A DNA stretch of 64,000 nucleotides, taken from the IMG/VR virus record IMGVR_UViG_3300014205_000195, positions 28,184-92,183 of that record; one strand, given 5' to 3'. The stretch is from a virus (lineage: Duplodnaviria; Heunggongvirae; Uroviricota; Caudoviricetes). The notes beneath the pieces were generated by a model. That model was not told where the DNA came from. It saw only the letters and a list, made by a program, of their open reading frames with translations, and did not search any database. Within the stretch, counting starts at the first letter, position 1; each line of letters begins with the position of its first letter. A program made the translations under genes and the position numbers. Below, piece after piece: positions 33,261 through 42,879 of this stretch.

Positions 33261-34511
33261 CTACAAGTAGCGCGGATCGTGCTTCGGGCCGTACTTGGGG
33301 CGCCCGAGCACGTCGCGTTCCGGACCCCGCTCGTCATCGAGCTCCTGCTCCCTGTCCTTCACCCGCTGATCGCCCGCCGCTATCATGAGGTTCCAGGCCT
33401 TGTTGCCCTCCGGCGAGAGACCGCCACCCGGGACGTCCTCCCGGTCGCCGTGACCGAACATCGCCTGGAAGGCGGGGTAGAACATGTCCACCATGTCGTC
33501 CTCTGAGAAGTCGTCGGCCCCGCCGTGCTCGCTCTCCCACACGCCGTTCGCCCACACGTCAGCCATCTCGTTTATAGCGGGATGCTTCTTGGCCCAGCGG
33601 TTCGCGGTCCAGCCGTTCATGCTGTTTTTTCCGTCGTCCGGCTCCGGCGCCTCGAGGTCGCCGTCCCACCCCTGCCGCTGCCTGCCCTGCGTGCCGTACC
33701 CGGTCTCCGATGGGCCGTCGTCGTAGAAGAGGCCGCCACGCGGGCCCTGCCTCAGCTCCGCGCCCTCCGGGGCGTCGCCGCGGCCGTGCACGTACACCTT
33801 GTCCTTCTCGAGGCCGCCCTTGCCGACCCCCTCGCCGAACGTGGGATCGGTCATCGAGCCGTCGGTGCCGTAGTCGTACGGGTCGTCGTCCGGGTAGTTC
33901 GGCTCGCCGTGGCCCTTCGATATGTCCCCGGTGGCCATGATGGCGGCGTCCACCGCCTTGGACAGCGTCCCCGCCGGCCGTCGTGACGGACGGTGCTTCT
34001 GCCCGATGGCGAACCCGTCGCCGTCGCGGTCCCACTCGCCCATGCTCCCGAGGACGCGCCTGGCCTCGCCCTCTCTGGCAGCGTTTATCTCGGACAGGCG
34101 GCCACGTATGTCCCTGACCCTGCCGAGCTCAGCCGGCGTGCACTCGCCGCGTCGCGCCTTGTCGTAGAGGTCCTTGTACTCGTCGACGAGCTTGTCCTCC
34201 TCGCCGTGAAGCGGGTCTGCGCTGCCCTTACGGTGGCGCATGGCCACCGGGTGCTCGTCCGGGTGCCCGAAGTGCCGGTGCGTCAACGCGTGGCCGGCCT
34301 CCACCACCTCGATCGGGTCCTGCGTGTACGTGGCCTCGATGTCCGGCCTCGGCGCCGGGCCCTGGCCGCCCATGGCGCCGGCCATGTGCTTCACGACGAC
34401 GGAGTCGCCCACGCGTATGTACCTCTTGGTCACGTCACAGCTCCTGCGGGTCAACGGGCACGAGCCCCAAGCGTCCAGGCGCCGGCGGGTCTGCCCTGAG
34501 CGCCCACTCAA
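33261..34511 (-). CDS. hypothetical protein (416 aa) with RGGLFYDD motif (paralogous motif family)
   Basis: ORF track; GPRGGLFYDDGPSETGYG; Asp/Gly-rich. Confidence 0.55.
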   Translation of the reverse strand: MSGRSGQTRRRLDAWGSCPLTRRSCDVTKRYIRVGDSVVVKHMAGAMGGQGPAPRPDIEATYTQDPIEVVEAGHALTHRHFGHPDEHPVAMRHRKGSADPLHGEEDKLVDEYKDLYDKARRGECTPAELGRVRDIRGRLSEINAAREGEARRVLGSMGEWDRDGDGFAIGQKHRPSRRPAGTLSKAVDAAIMATGDISKGHGEPNYPDDDPYDYGTDGSMTDPTFGEGVGKGGLEKDKVYVHGRGDAPEGAELRQGPRGGLFYDDGPSETGYGTQGRQRQGWDGDLEAPEPDDGKNSMNGWTANRWAKKHPAINEMADVWANGVWESEHGGADDFSEDDMVDMFYPAFQAMFGHGDREDVPGGGLSPEGNKAWNLMIAAGDQRVKDREQELDDERGPERDVLGRPKYGPKHDPRYL

Positions 34512-34676
34512 CCCGGCGCTCTGATATTGGCCTCACACGAGCGACCGGCCGGGTCGCCAGCATGAGGAACTGAAACCACCGCACGCGCACGGTGCACTTG
34601 CCGCACTTCTCGTAGCCGGTGAGCTTGGTCACCGGCCAGAAGACGACTGTGAGTGCGGCGTCGATGGCGTTTACGA

Positions 34677-35159
34677 TCACTTCTCGCCCTTGCACCCGCA
34701 GCCACCGGCCTTCACGCCGGACGGGCCGAACACCTCCGCCATGAACCTGGCGGCGGCGTGGTCGATGCTGGCGCCCTTGTGGACGCGCGGTATGGCGTAG
34801 ATGCCGCCGGTGCTGGACTTGGCGATCTTGTCGTCGTCGCCGAACATGGCGCCAGTGACAGCGTACCAGTTGCCATCCGGCTTGGTCCAGAGCTCAGCGT
34901 AACCGGCCGGGTTGTCGACGGAGACGACGTGGTTGAACCCGCCGGACACGGCCTTCGTCAGCTTCGGCCATCTAGACGCCCTGACCACCTCCACCGCCCG
35001 CTTGAGGTCAGTCTTGGCGAGCCGCGCCGCAGCCGCATCGTACTGGATGGCGCGCGCCACGGCCTGCGCGGCCTCCCTCAACGGGAACCCGGCCGGCATG
35101 AGCCCCGGCTCCGCCTTCAGGACACCCATGCACTCGTCTATCATCCTAGGACCCTCCAC
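34677..35159 (-). CDS. hypothetical protein (160 aa)
   Basis: ORF track. Confidence 0.45.
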   Translation of the reverse strand: MEGPRMIDECMGVLKAEPGLMPAGFPLREAAQAVARAIQYDAAAARLAKTDLKRAVEVVRASRWPKLTKAVSGGFNHVVSVDNPAGYAELWTKPDGNWYAVTGAMFGDDDKIAKSSTGGIYAIPRVHKGASIDHAAARFMAEVFGPSGVKAGGCGCKGEK

Positions 35160-35203
35160 CTAACCGTAGGATCTTACGGCCGGACGCTCTCGCCTAAGAA
35201 CCC

Positions 35204-35755
35204 CTACTTGGCCCTGGACCTGGATCGGCTGGACTTCGCTTCCTCGGTGGCGACCGGCTCTGACGCGGCTGCGGGCCCGTCGCCGTCGGTTATGCCCGCC
35301 TGGCCCTCGCCGATGGACTCGAGGGCGATGTCCAGCCCCAGCGGCACGACGACGAGCTCGCTCTCGTCAACGGCACCGTCGACGAACGCCTCATCATCAG
35401 ATGAGGAGGCCGATTCTGCCTCAACGGCGTATTCGCCGTCCTCGTCCTGCCAGCCGTACGGCCTGCCTATGGGATCTGCGAACCTGTGGGCAAGCGTGCG
35501 CTCGAGCACCTCCGACTCGTCCAGCCGCCTGAGACCGTCGAAGCCGTTGCCCTCGACAGCGAACACGTCGCCTGTCGGATCAGTCACGGTGGCGAGCGAC
35601 CCCACCCGGATCTCCGTCCCACCCTCAGCGATGAGCGCGTTGCCGTACGCTCCGCCGCGGTCGCCGATCACGCGGCAGTCCATGAACCCACCGCCCACGA
35701 GACCGAGCCTGTACAGCCCAGGCATGGGCACAAAACCATCACTCGTCATCATCAA
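35204..35755 (-). CDS. hypothetical acidic protein (183 aa)
   Basis: ORF track. Confidence 0.45.
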   Translation of the reverse strand: MMMTSDGFVPMPGLYRLGLVGGGFMDCRVIGDRGGAYGNALIAEGGTEIRVGSLATVTDPTGDVFAVEGNGFDGLRRLDESEVLERTLAHRFADPIGRPYGWQDEDGEYAVEAESASSSDDEAFVDGAVDESELVVVPLGLDIALESIGEGQAGITDGDGPAAASEPVATEEAKSSRSRSRAK

Positions 35756-35969
35756 ACTCCTCTATGGGGTCGGTCAGCAGACCGCCCTGGTAAATCGGCG
35801 ACCGAGCCTCGCCTGCCGCGACGCTAGCGGTCATCATAGCAAATTGCAACGCTATGCACGCATCCTTATACATGCCAGACCTGGTGGCCCTCCTAGACAC
35901 GCGCATGAGCTGCTTGAACACCCGGTCGAGCCGGTCGGCCTCGACGGCCGCGCGCTCGTCGTCGGTCAC
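35739..35969 (-). CDS. hypothetical protein (76 aa)
   Basis: ORF track. Confidence 0.35.
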   Translation of the reverse strand: MTDDERAAVEADRLDRVFKQLMRVSRRATRSGMYKDACIALQFAMMTASVAAGEARSPIYQGGLLTDPIEEFDDDE

Positions 35970-36316
35970 GCCACCACCTCGTCCACCGCGGCACGCTCCC
36001 TCATGGCGGCGCGCCAGGCGAGCGCTGACATCGTCCTGAACAGGATCTTGTTCACCCTGCGTATGGAGTCGTCCAGCGACCTGTTGCGCATGCTGTCGTT
36101 GGCTATCGCCTGGTATACGGCCGACAGGTTAGCCTTCATCACGCGTGCTACGTCTGGGTCTGACTCCAGCCACGACAGCAGTCCCGGCTCATCGCCGTAC
36201 ATCATCACGGACGTGGCCTCGTCTATCCAATCGTCCGCCATAGCTATCTCACGCGCCGCGTCACCGGTCACTCGCCCCCGCAGCAGTCGAGTAAACACCC
36301 GAGCATTGACAGCCAT
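35966..36316 (-). CDS. hypothetical protein (116 aa)
   Basis: ORF track; preceded by the conserved TGTTAGATAATACCG motif. Confidence 0.4.
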   Translation of the reverse strand: MAVNARVFTRLLRGRVTGDAAREIAMADDWIDEATSVMMYGDEPGLLSWLESDPDVARVMKANLSAVYQAIANDSMRNRSLDDSIRRVNKILFRTMSALAWRAAMRERAAVDEVVA

Positions 36317-36352
36317 CTGACGACACGTTCCCCCTCTGTTAGATAATACCGG

Positions 36353-36616
36353 TCACCTGCTCCTGACCCTCCTCCTCACGGGCCTCCGCTCGAGCTCCAG
36401 TCTCTTGTCCTCCAGGGAGGCCCTATCGGCCTCCAAGGCGGCCGTGGCCTCGCGCATGCGATCGACGTCCAGCGTCATCACATGCAGCAGGCTACGGATG
36501 TCGTCGGACGGCTGCCTGGTGATGGCTGCTCGTCCCCTCTGCTCTGTGTTGTCGGTCATAGGGTCTGCCGCGTCCAGCAGCAATATGCCGCGGAGCCACG
36601 AGAAAATGGCGTTCAC
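36353..36616 (-). CDS. hypothetical protein (87 aa)
   Basis: ORF track. Confidence 0.35.
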   Translation of the reverse strand: MNAIFSWLRGILLLDAADPMTDNTEQRGRAAITRQPSDDIRSLLHVMTLDVDRMREATAALEADRASLEDKRLELERRPVRRRVRSR

Positions 36617-36876
36617 TGGTCACCCCCGTGCGCCCTCTTGACCTCATCGACTAGCGCTGAGGCCGTCTTCTGAAAGTCCGCCATCGCCTGCGTGACCTCG
36701 TGCATGACGTTTATTGTCTCCCGTAGGTCGGCGCGATTCTGTATCTGGAGGTCCCGCCCATCGCGGTACAACTTGCCTATGGCGGTGGCGCACGCCGTGA
36801 AGCCGACGCCGATAGCTGTCATGATCAGGACAGCCAGATCGCCGTCAACATCGGCAAGCATAAAGACAGGCTTCAC
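36613..36876 (-). CDS. hypothetical small protein, possibly membrane (87 aa)
   Basis: ORF track; hydrophobic stretch. Confidence 0.35.
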   Translation of the reverse strand: MKPVFMLADVDGDLAVLIMTAIGVGFTACATAIGKLYRDGRDLQIQNRADLRETINVMHEVTQAMADFQKTASALVDEVKRAHGGDQ

Positions 36877-36973
36877 CGCGTCCCTCCCCCTGCAACGATG
36901 CGTCGCGCCACGCTCGCGACCTACCGTACTCGGCGGAGCCGCCGGGTGAAGCCCATGGTGGTTTACCTGTCGG

Positions 36974-37255
36974 TCAGGCGCCTATACGGTCAGCCTGCAG
37001 CGGGCCCAGCTTGACCAGCGTCATCTCAAACACGTCGCCCGGCAGCGGGCTCTCGTCCGCCCGGCAGACGAAGACCACTGTCGAGTCGCCCCTGGCAGTC
37101 ACCTGCACGAGCTGCTCAGACTGGGCCACGGTGCCCTGCGTCGGGACCACCAGCGCGACGTTGCTGACCTGGACCTTCGTCTTGATCATATCTCCACCGT
37201 CTCCAGCGACGCCGGATCCACCGGAACGGCCATCGCCCTCATCGCGGCGTGGCAC
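36974..37255 (-). CDS. hypothetical protein (93 aa)
   Basis: ORF track. Confidence 0.35.
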   Translation of the reverse strand: MPRRDEGDGRSGGSGVAGDGGDMIKTKVQVSNVALVVPTQGTVAQSEQLVQVTARGDSTVVFVCRADESPLPGDVFEMTLVKLGPLQADRIGA

Positions 37256-37782
37256 TTCTGCAGGTGCTCCGCCTGTGTTATGGCATCGAACAGCGCGGTG
37301 TGTCCATCCGCACGGTCGTCCGCCCGCGGCAGTTTCATGCCGACGCGCCTGAACACCGTCCTGGTGTCATTCACGTCCCAGAACTTCCACGGCGCCTTGA
37401 GCCCGAGCCGCTCGTAGCACTCCGAGATCAACGGCACGTCGAACGTGGCACCGTGCGACCACACGCAGCTGCCGTACCGAGTCACGCTCGAGTACCACTC
37501 GGTGAATGCGGTCAGCACGTCCGTCACCGGCACCGGCGGCGGGTCCATCAAGCTCTGCCTGGCCACATCCGGTCTGGACAGCCACCACATCACCGTGTCG
37601 CCGCTCACCCTGAGCCCTAGGTCTATGCAGCTCTGCAGGTCAACGTTCCTATGGAACACCTTCTTGCCGTCCTTCGGTACCGATGACCCGTCAGGGTCGA
37701 ACGCCACGGCACCTATGGACACGAACGCCGCGTCCCCCCGGGTCGACATGGTCTCCAAGTCGACCATCACATCCACAACCAT
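37186..37782 (-). CDS. DnaQ-like DEDDh 3'-5' exonuclease (198 aa)
   Basis: VDLETMS (Exo I), HGATFD (Exo II), H...D (Exo III); paralogue of 10911..11486. Confidence 0.65.
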   Translation of the reverse strand: MVVDVMVDLETMSTRGDAAFVSIGAVAFDPDGSSVPKDGKKVFHRNVDLQSCIDLGLRVSGDTVMWWLSRPDVARQSLMDPPPVPVTDVLTAFTEWYSSVTRYGSCVWSHGATFDVPLISECYERLGLKAPWKFWDVNDTRTVFRRVGMKLPRADDRADGHTALFDAITQAEHLQKCHAAMRAMAVPVDPASLETVEI

Positions 37783-37785
37783 CGT

Positions 37786-38262
37786 TCAGATCAGCCCTTC
37801 CCTGGCGGAGTCCGCTATCCATAGCGCGTCCGCTTCGTCGTGCTTGATCGTACCGAGCTCCGGCCACCTCGCCACCGCCGCCTCCACCATCGCGTCCTTC
37901 TGCGCGTTGCCCTTACCGGTGGCATGCTTCTTGTACGTCCCCGGTCTCACGCCGCCGTATGCTATCCCGAGCTCGTCGAGGCACGACTCCAACCGGCCGA
38001 CGAGCTTGTAGTACATGGCCACGGCGGACACCGACCCGTATGGGTGCACCAGGTCGTAGGCCACCAGCACCTCGTGCGGCTGCCACGGAGCCACCAGCTC
38101 GCGCAGCAGGCGCTCCAGTCGTATCGCCCTCATGCCGGGCCCGTCAGTCTTCGCCCGGTCTAGCATCCATGTGCCTGAGGCCACCAGCCCGCCGTGCTGG
38201 TCCAGCACCCCCCAGCCGCAGTTGGTCCCTGGATCTATGCCCACGTACCTTAGTATTGTCAC
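37786..38262 (-). CDS. ruvC: RuvC-like Holliday junction resolvase
   Basis: N-terminal VGIDPGTNCGWGVLD (RuvC catalytic Asp motif); 158 aa. Confidence 0.7.
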   Translation of the reverse strand: MTILRYVGIDPGTNCGWGVLDQHGGLVASGTWMLDRAKTDGPGMRAIRLERLLRELVAPWQPHEVLVAYDLVHPYGSVSAVAMYYKLVGRLESCLDELGIAYGGVRPGTYKKHATGKGNAQKDAMVEAAVARWPELGTIKHDEADALWIADSAREGLI

Positions 38263-38277
38263 GTAGACATTGTATCG

Positions 38278-38868
38278 TTATGCGTGCCGTCCCAACAGCC
38301 TCATGTACCGGGTCAGCGCGACTATGGACTTGGCGTCTGCCACGCGGCCACCGTCTATGGCCGCCCACACCTCGTCCAGCCCGAGCCAGTGCATCGAGAC
38401 GCCCTCGCCGTGATCCTGCGGCAACGGGTCGCGCGTCAGCCCGGCGCAGTGGAAGATGGTTATCCGTTCGTTGCTGTACCCGGGCGACATGAGCAACGGC
38501 CGCCCCAGCCTGGTCAGCATGGACGGTCTCAGCCCGCACTCTTCGCGCAGCTCGCGCGCCGCCGCTTCGAAGTCCGTCTCACCGTCGTCCACGCGGCCGG
38601 CCGGCACCTCGTATGTCAGGTTCTCCACCGCGTGCCTGTACTGCGACACCAGCGCCACGCGGCCGTCGTCTGTCGCCACCATGGCGACCGTCCGTGGACG
38701 CTCGACCACCGAGCGCACCTGCTCGACGCCATCCACGATCACCACGTCGTCCCTCACCGGGACGAACCCGGTGAGAAGGTACTTGCTGCTCACGGGAGTG
38801 ACTGCGATGCGCCTGCTCCAGTTCATGGTCACAGCGCCGCCGCGAGGCGGACCTCGCCGAAGCTCCAC
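38278..38868 (-). CDS. Nudix hydrolase, ADP-ribose pyrophosphatase-like
   Basis: Nudix box GRVDDGETDFEAAARELREECG; 196 aa. Confidence 0.75.
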   Translation of the reverse strand: MELRRGPPRGGAVTMNWSRRIAVTPVSSKYLLTGFVPVRDDVVIVDGVEQVRSVVERPRTVAMVATDDGRVALVSQYRHAVENLTYEVPAGRVDDGETDFEAAARELREECGLRPSMLTRLGRPLLMSPGYSNERITIFHCAGLTRDPLPQDHGEGVSMHWLGLDEVWAAIDGGRVADAKSIVALTRYMRLLGRHA

Positions 38869-40259
38869 TCGCGAAGCAGCTCGCCGTCACGGAACACCTC
38901 CACGAGGTGGTTGCCCAAGGCGTCCGCCTTCGACTCGCTGACCGTCTTGAACGCGTTGCCGCTGGCGATCAGCCCCAGCCTGCCCTCCTTGGAGTTCTTG
39001 GACGGCATGCCGATGGGATGCTTGGAGACGCCCCGTCGCTCGCCGTTCACCGTGATCTCCGAGCACTTGATGGCGAACTGGATGGTGTCGCGGTTCACGT
39101 CGCGCAGCAGACCGCCGCCGGACCCGAACGCGATGTTGTCGAGCGACCATCGCGCATCGGCCACGGCCTGCATGATCCCGACGATGGACCGCCTGTTGAT
39201 GCCGTCGCCCTGGATCACCCTGATCTGCGGCGGCAGGACCCTGTACCCGGCGCCGTTCACGGTGAACCCGAACGCATCGCCCAGGATGCCAAGGACCTCG
39301 ACCACCACCTTCGCCGGCTCTCCGCTGTCAGGCCTCACGACCACGGTCCCGTTCCTCGAACGGACCGCATCCTTGAGCGAACCGCCCCACAGGTCGCGGC
39401 AGGCGTCGTAGATGTTGTAGCTGTCGCTGACGACCGCCACCATGCCTGTCGGGAACTGCTGCAACATGTTCCTGAAGGCGTCGCCCTCGTAAGCGCGGCC
39501 CCAGCTCGTGATGGTCGAGTGCTCCGCCGCGGGGATGCTGTGTCCAGGGTTGTCGGCCCCGTAGTAGGCGATGGCCAGCTCCATGCCGAGGTAGTTGTCG
39601 CTGCCGCTGAAGTTCACCAGGTGGGCGGCGCCGCCGAGGGCGGCCTCCTCCGGGCACGACACTCCGCGCGCGCCGAAGTCGTGGAGCCTGTAATCGGAGT
39701 ATGGGTCCGCGCCGGTCATCCTGGCGAACCTCACGATGTCAGCCTTCTGGGAACGCGACTGGCTGGCCACCGAGGTTGGGTACCAGACGTTGCTCAGGAG
39801 GGTCTCGATGTAGTTGGTCACCCACGGCATGGTCGGGTCGGTGTTCACGACGGAGAACAGCACGTTGCTCGGACCGATGACGGTGCCCTCCGGAACGGCC
39901 TTGATGCTCACCGGCCACCGGCCACCGTGCTTGCTCACTATCCGCTCCAGCCCGGCGCGGTTGTACACGAGCCCGTTCCCGCCGTGGACGGCGGCGACGC
40001 GGTCAGCCATGTACTCGACATCGTCGCTCGTCACCTGCTGGCCGACCAGGTACTCCTTCAGGAAGTACTGCAAACCGAAGAACACGATCGGGAAGTCAGA
40101 CCCGCGGGACTCGGCGTACGAGTACACCTCCTCGGTGTTCGGCGGGTAGCCGAGCCAGTGCCCTGACTTGTAGCTGTCCGTCCGCGCGATCCCACCGCCC
40201 CTGATCAAGCTGAGTGCCATGCCCGCGCCTCCTGCGCCAGTTTCGGAGACGGGCCGCAT
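38829..40259 (-). CDS. nadV: nicotinamide phosphoribosyltransferase (NAMPT/NadV)
   Basis: 476 aa; type II phosphoribosyltransferase architecture and motif set typical of NadV. Confidence 0.8.
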   Translation of the reverse strand: MRPVSETGAGGAGMALSLIRGGGIARTDSYKSGHWLGYPPNTEEVYSYAESRGSDFPIVFFGLQYFLKEYLVGQQVTSDDVEYMADRVAAVHGGNGLVYNRAGLERIVSKHGGRWPVSIKAVPEGTVIGPSNVLFSVVNTDPTMPWVTNYIETLLSNVWYPTSVASQSRSQKADIVRFARMTGADPYSDYRLHDFGARGVSCPEEAALGGAAHLVNFSGSDNYLGMELAIAYYGADNPGHSIPAAEHSTITSWGRAYEGDAFRNMLQQFPTGMVAVVSDSYNIYDACRDLWGGSLKDAVRSRNGTVVVRPDSGEPAKVVVEVLGILGDAFGFTVNGAGYRVLPPQIRVIQGDGINRRSIVGIMQAVADARWSLDNIAFGSGGGLLRDVNRDTIQFAIKCSEITVNGERRGVSKHPIGMPSKNSKEGRLGLIASGNAFKTVSESKADALGNHLVEVFRDGELLREWSFGEVRLAAAL

Positions 40260-40299
40260 CTCTGCGGCCCGTCAGGTACATGCTACCGGGCCGACGGCC

Positions 40300-41286
40300 C
40301 TACTTCGCCGGCGTCAGGAACGACGACGGGTCGAGGATGAAGCCCTGCCCAGACGGGACGAGGGCGATGGTGACGTTGTCAGCGAGCTTCTCGATGGCGC
40401 GGTTCTGGAGGATCTGTGGGGTGAGCGACGAGTCCACGATGCGGTTCGCGTCGGCCTCGCCCTGCGCCTCGATGACCTGCGCCTCTGCCCGGCCGTTCGC
40501 CTGGGCGACCAGCTGCTGCGCTTCGAACTCGCGCTGCTTCACCACTTCCTGGGCGCGGAGCGCTTCCTGGGTCGCGACCTGCTTCTGCTCGATGCTGTCG
40601 TTGAAGGCCGCCGAGTAGGAGATGTTGTCGATCTGGAGCGAGTTCACGGCGATCGAGTACGGGGCGAGCTCCTCGCCGAGCCGGCGCGTGACGACCTCGC
40701 GGATCTCGTCGCGCTTCTGCGTGACCTCGATCGCGTTGTACTGGACGGTCTCGTCCTTGAAGTACTGGTTGACACGGCTGAGGACGAGGATGTTGAAGTA
40801 GTCCGGCCCGACGTTGCGGAACAGGTCCTGCACGCGATTCGCGCTGATGGAGTAGTTGAGTGTGACCGTGAAGTTGACGTCCTGCGTCTCCGACGACGCG
40901 GCCGCGATGTTCTCGAACTTGAACGCCTGGATCTGGACGTTGGCGTTCTTGACGTTCTGCCATGGCGCGGTCAGGTTGAGGCCCTCATCGCGCTGGCCGA
41001 CGATCGATCCGAACTGGTACACGACCCCGACGTGGCCGGCAGGGACCGCATGGACGGAGCTGATGACGGTCATCAGCAGCCAGACGCCGGCCATGAAGCC
41101 GGCGACGCCGGCGAGGATCCGCCCAACGATGAGCGAGTCCTTGCTGGGCTGCCTGGTGCCGTAGCGGGACTCTGAGGAGGCGGCCGCAGCCAGCGCCTTG
41201 TGGTACGCGCCGAGAAATCGGCGCCTGATCTCCAGGCTGCCAACGCCGACGATGCCCAGGAGAATTGTCATCACTAACCAGAACAT
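40300..41286 (-). CDS. SPFH/band-7 (prohibitin/HflK-like) membrane protein
   Basis: N-terminal TM helix followed by SPFH domain and coiled-coil-like Ala/Gln/Glu-rich C-terminus. Confidence 0.75.
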   Translation of the reverse strand: MFWLVMTILLGIVGVGSLEIRRRFLGAYHKALAAAASSESRYGTRQPSKDSLIVGRILAGVAGFMAGVWLLMTVISSVHAVPAGHVGVVYQFGSIVGQRDEGLNLTAPWQNVKNANVQIQAFKFENIAAASSETQDVNFTVTLNYSISANRVQDLFRNVGPDYFNILVLSRVNQYFKDETVQYNAIEVTQKRDEIREVVTRRLGEELAPYSIAVNSLQIDNISYSAAFNDSIEQKQVATQEALRAQEVVKQREFEAQQLVAQANGRAEAQVIEAQGEADANRIVDSSLTPQILQNRAIEKLADNVTIALVPSGQGFILDPSSFLTPAK

Positions 41287-41338
41287 GGGACTCCTTTTGC
41301 CTCTGTGCTTTGAGTACTGTTTGAATGATACCTGGAAG

Positions 41339-41848
41339 CTAGGCCTCGACCGACCTCAGGCTCACCAGCAGGTCAACGACCGCCCGGTCGGCGATCTGTT
41401 CCATGATGTCGAGGCGATCGCCGTGGAAGAGGTACTCGTTGCACCTGACCTCGCGGAACGAATGGGCGATCGCGATGAAGCTCAGCCCCGCAGGCTTGGT
41501 CGACCTGGCGCCCGGGCGCTTGTACGAGAGGCTGCTCTCCGCGAGGCACACGTCGACCTTCGACCGGTCCCTCGCCCACATGGCCATCAGGCGCGTGGTG
41601 TCTGCGCTCACGGCGCCCATCTGGACGATGGCCTCCTCGCTGATGCCGGTGTGCTCGACCTTCGAGCGGTTGGAGTAGGCGACAACGCCGCCGTCGAACC
41701 AGGCTGACGCGCCGTTCACCGACACCAGCCGGCTGCTGATGAGGCCGCCGGCCGCCGTCTCAACGACGCAGATCTTCAGACCCCTGTCGGTCAGGATCCG
41801 ACCGATCTCCTGCAGACTCGTGTTGATGCTGACGGTATGAGCGTTCAA
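41339..41848 (-). CDS. CinA C-terminal-domain / PncC-like NMN amidohydrolase
   Basis: 169 aa; VVETAAGGLISSRL matches the ESCTGG signature of CinA/PncC. Confidence 0.65.
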   Translation of the reverse strand: MNAHTVSINTSLQEIGRILTDRGLKICVVETAAGGLISSRLVSVNGASAWFDGGVVAYSNRSKVEHTGISEEAIVQMGAVSADTTRLMAMWARDRSKVDVCLAESSLSYKRPGARSTKPAGLSFIAIAHSFREVRCNEYLFHGDRLDIMEQIADRAVVDLLVSLRSVEA

Positions 41849-41973
41849 TTCGTTCCATCCATTCGCGATCGCGACGCTTGCCCTTTACGTATGCTATAGG
41901 CCACAGGATGACCAGCGCGACCGCGAGGCCGAGCTGGATACCTGCGACGACGTGCTGGACGACGTCCATAGAG

Positions 41974-42879
41974 CTAGAAGTCCCCGTCCGCCACCTGCAG
42001 GCAGGTGAGCCCGAGCGATCTCCAGAGCTGGACGACCTGGTTCCGGTCGTCCAGGACGAACCGGATGTTGTACTTGCCGCGGATGTGGGCGTCGAAGATC
42101 TCGGCCTTCACGACCGCGTCCTTCCGGCTGTCGCCCGTCCTCCGCATGTGGAGCGTGTAGTCCTTGATGGCAGCCGGCCCCTCGATGAACTCGACGGTCT
42201 GGTCGCGGTAGAGGCTCTCGCGCCCGGAGACGAAGATGATGTCGGTATCCCCTGAGAACCGCTTCAGCATGTGCCTCACTGGCCTGTTGGGGACGTCCAG
42301 GTGCGCGGTCGACGCGTTGTACGGGCTCCTGTGGTTGAGCTCGCAGGCGCACCCGTGCTCCTTGCAGAACAGGGCCAGCGTCCCGTCGAGGTCGCAGATG
42401 ATCGCCCACCGAAGGCCGGGCGTGTGCGCGTACTGCTCGAGCCTCCACGGCTCGCCGTAGTAGCGCCGAGCCATGTCTCTGATGACGGCCTCGCCGACCG
42501 GCCTGGCCCGCCGCGAGTCCCGCTCGATGGCGTCCTCAACGTCGACGTCCATCGTCTTGATCTCGACGCGGACGCCGAATACGTTGGCCAGCTCGTACAG
42601 GCGGCGCAGGTGCCGGTCCTCGAGGTTCGTGTCGTCCACGATGACCGAGCGGCCGGCCACGAGCGCCTCCGTGATCAGCCGGTCGCGCTCCGGCTCGACC
42701 TCGGACTTCTCGCGGTGCTTGTTCCAGCGGCCACTGTCCGGGCCGAGGCCGAGCCGCTCGCGGATATCGTCCTTGTTCACGCGGGTCCAGACGTCCGGGT
42801 CGCTGGCCTCGATGGCCCTGGCGAGGGTCGACTTGCCGGAGGCCGGCAGCCCGCGCATGATGGTCATGGTCTGCCTCAA
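41974..42879 (-). CDS. pnk: polynucleotide 5'-kinase / 3'-phosphatase (T4 Pnk-like: P-loop kinase + HAD phosphatase)
   Basis: Walker A GLPASGKST; C-terminal HAD motif I ICDLDGTL. Confidence 0.8.
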   Translation of the reverse strand: MRQTMTIMRGLPASGKSTLARAIEASDPDVWTRVNKDDIRERLGLGPDSGRWNKHREKSEVEPERDRLITEALVAGRSVIVDDTNLEDRHLRRLYELANVFGVRVEIKTMDVDVEDAIERDSRRARPVGEAVIRDMARRYYGEPWRLEQYAHTPGLRWAIICDLDGTLALFCKEHGCACELNHRSPYNASTAHLDVPNRPVRHMLKRFSGDTDIIFVSGRESLYRDQTVEFIEGPAAIKDYTLHMRRTGDSRKDAVVKAEIFDAHIRGKYNIRFVLDDRNQVVQLWRSLGLTCLQVADGDF

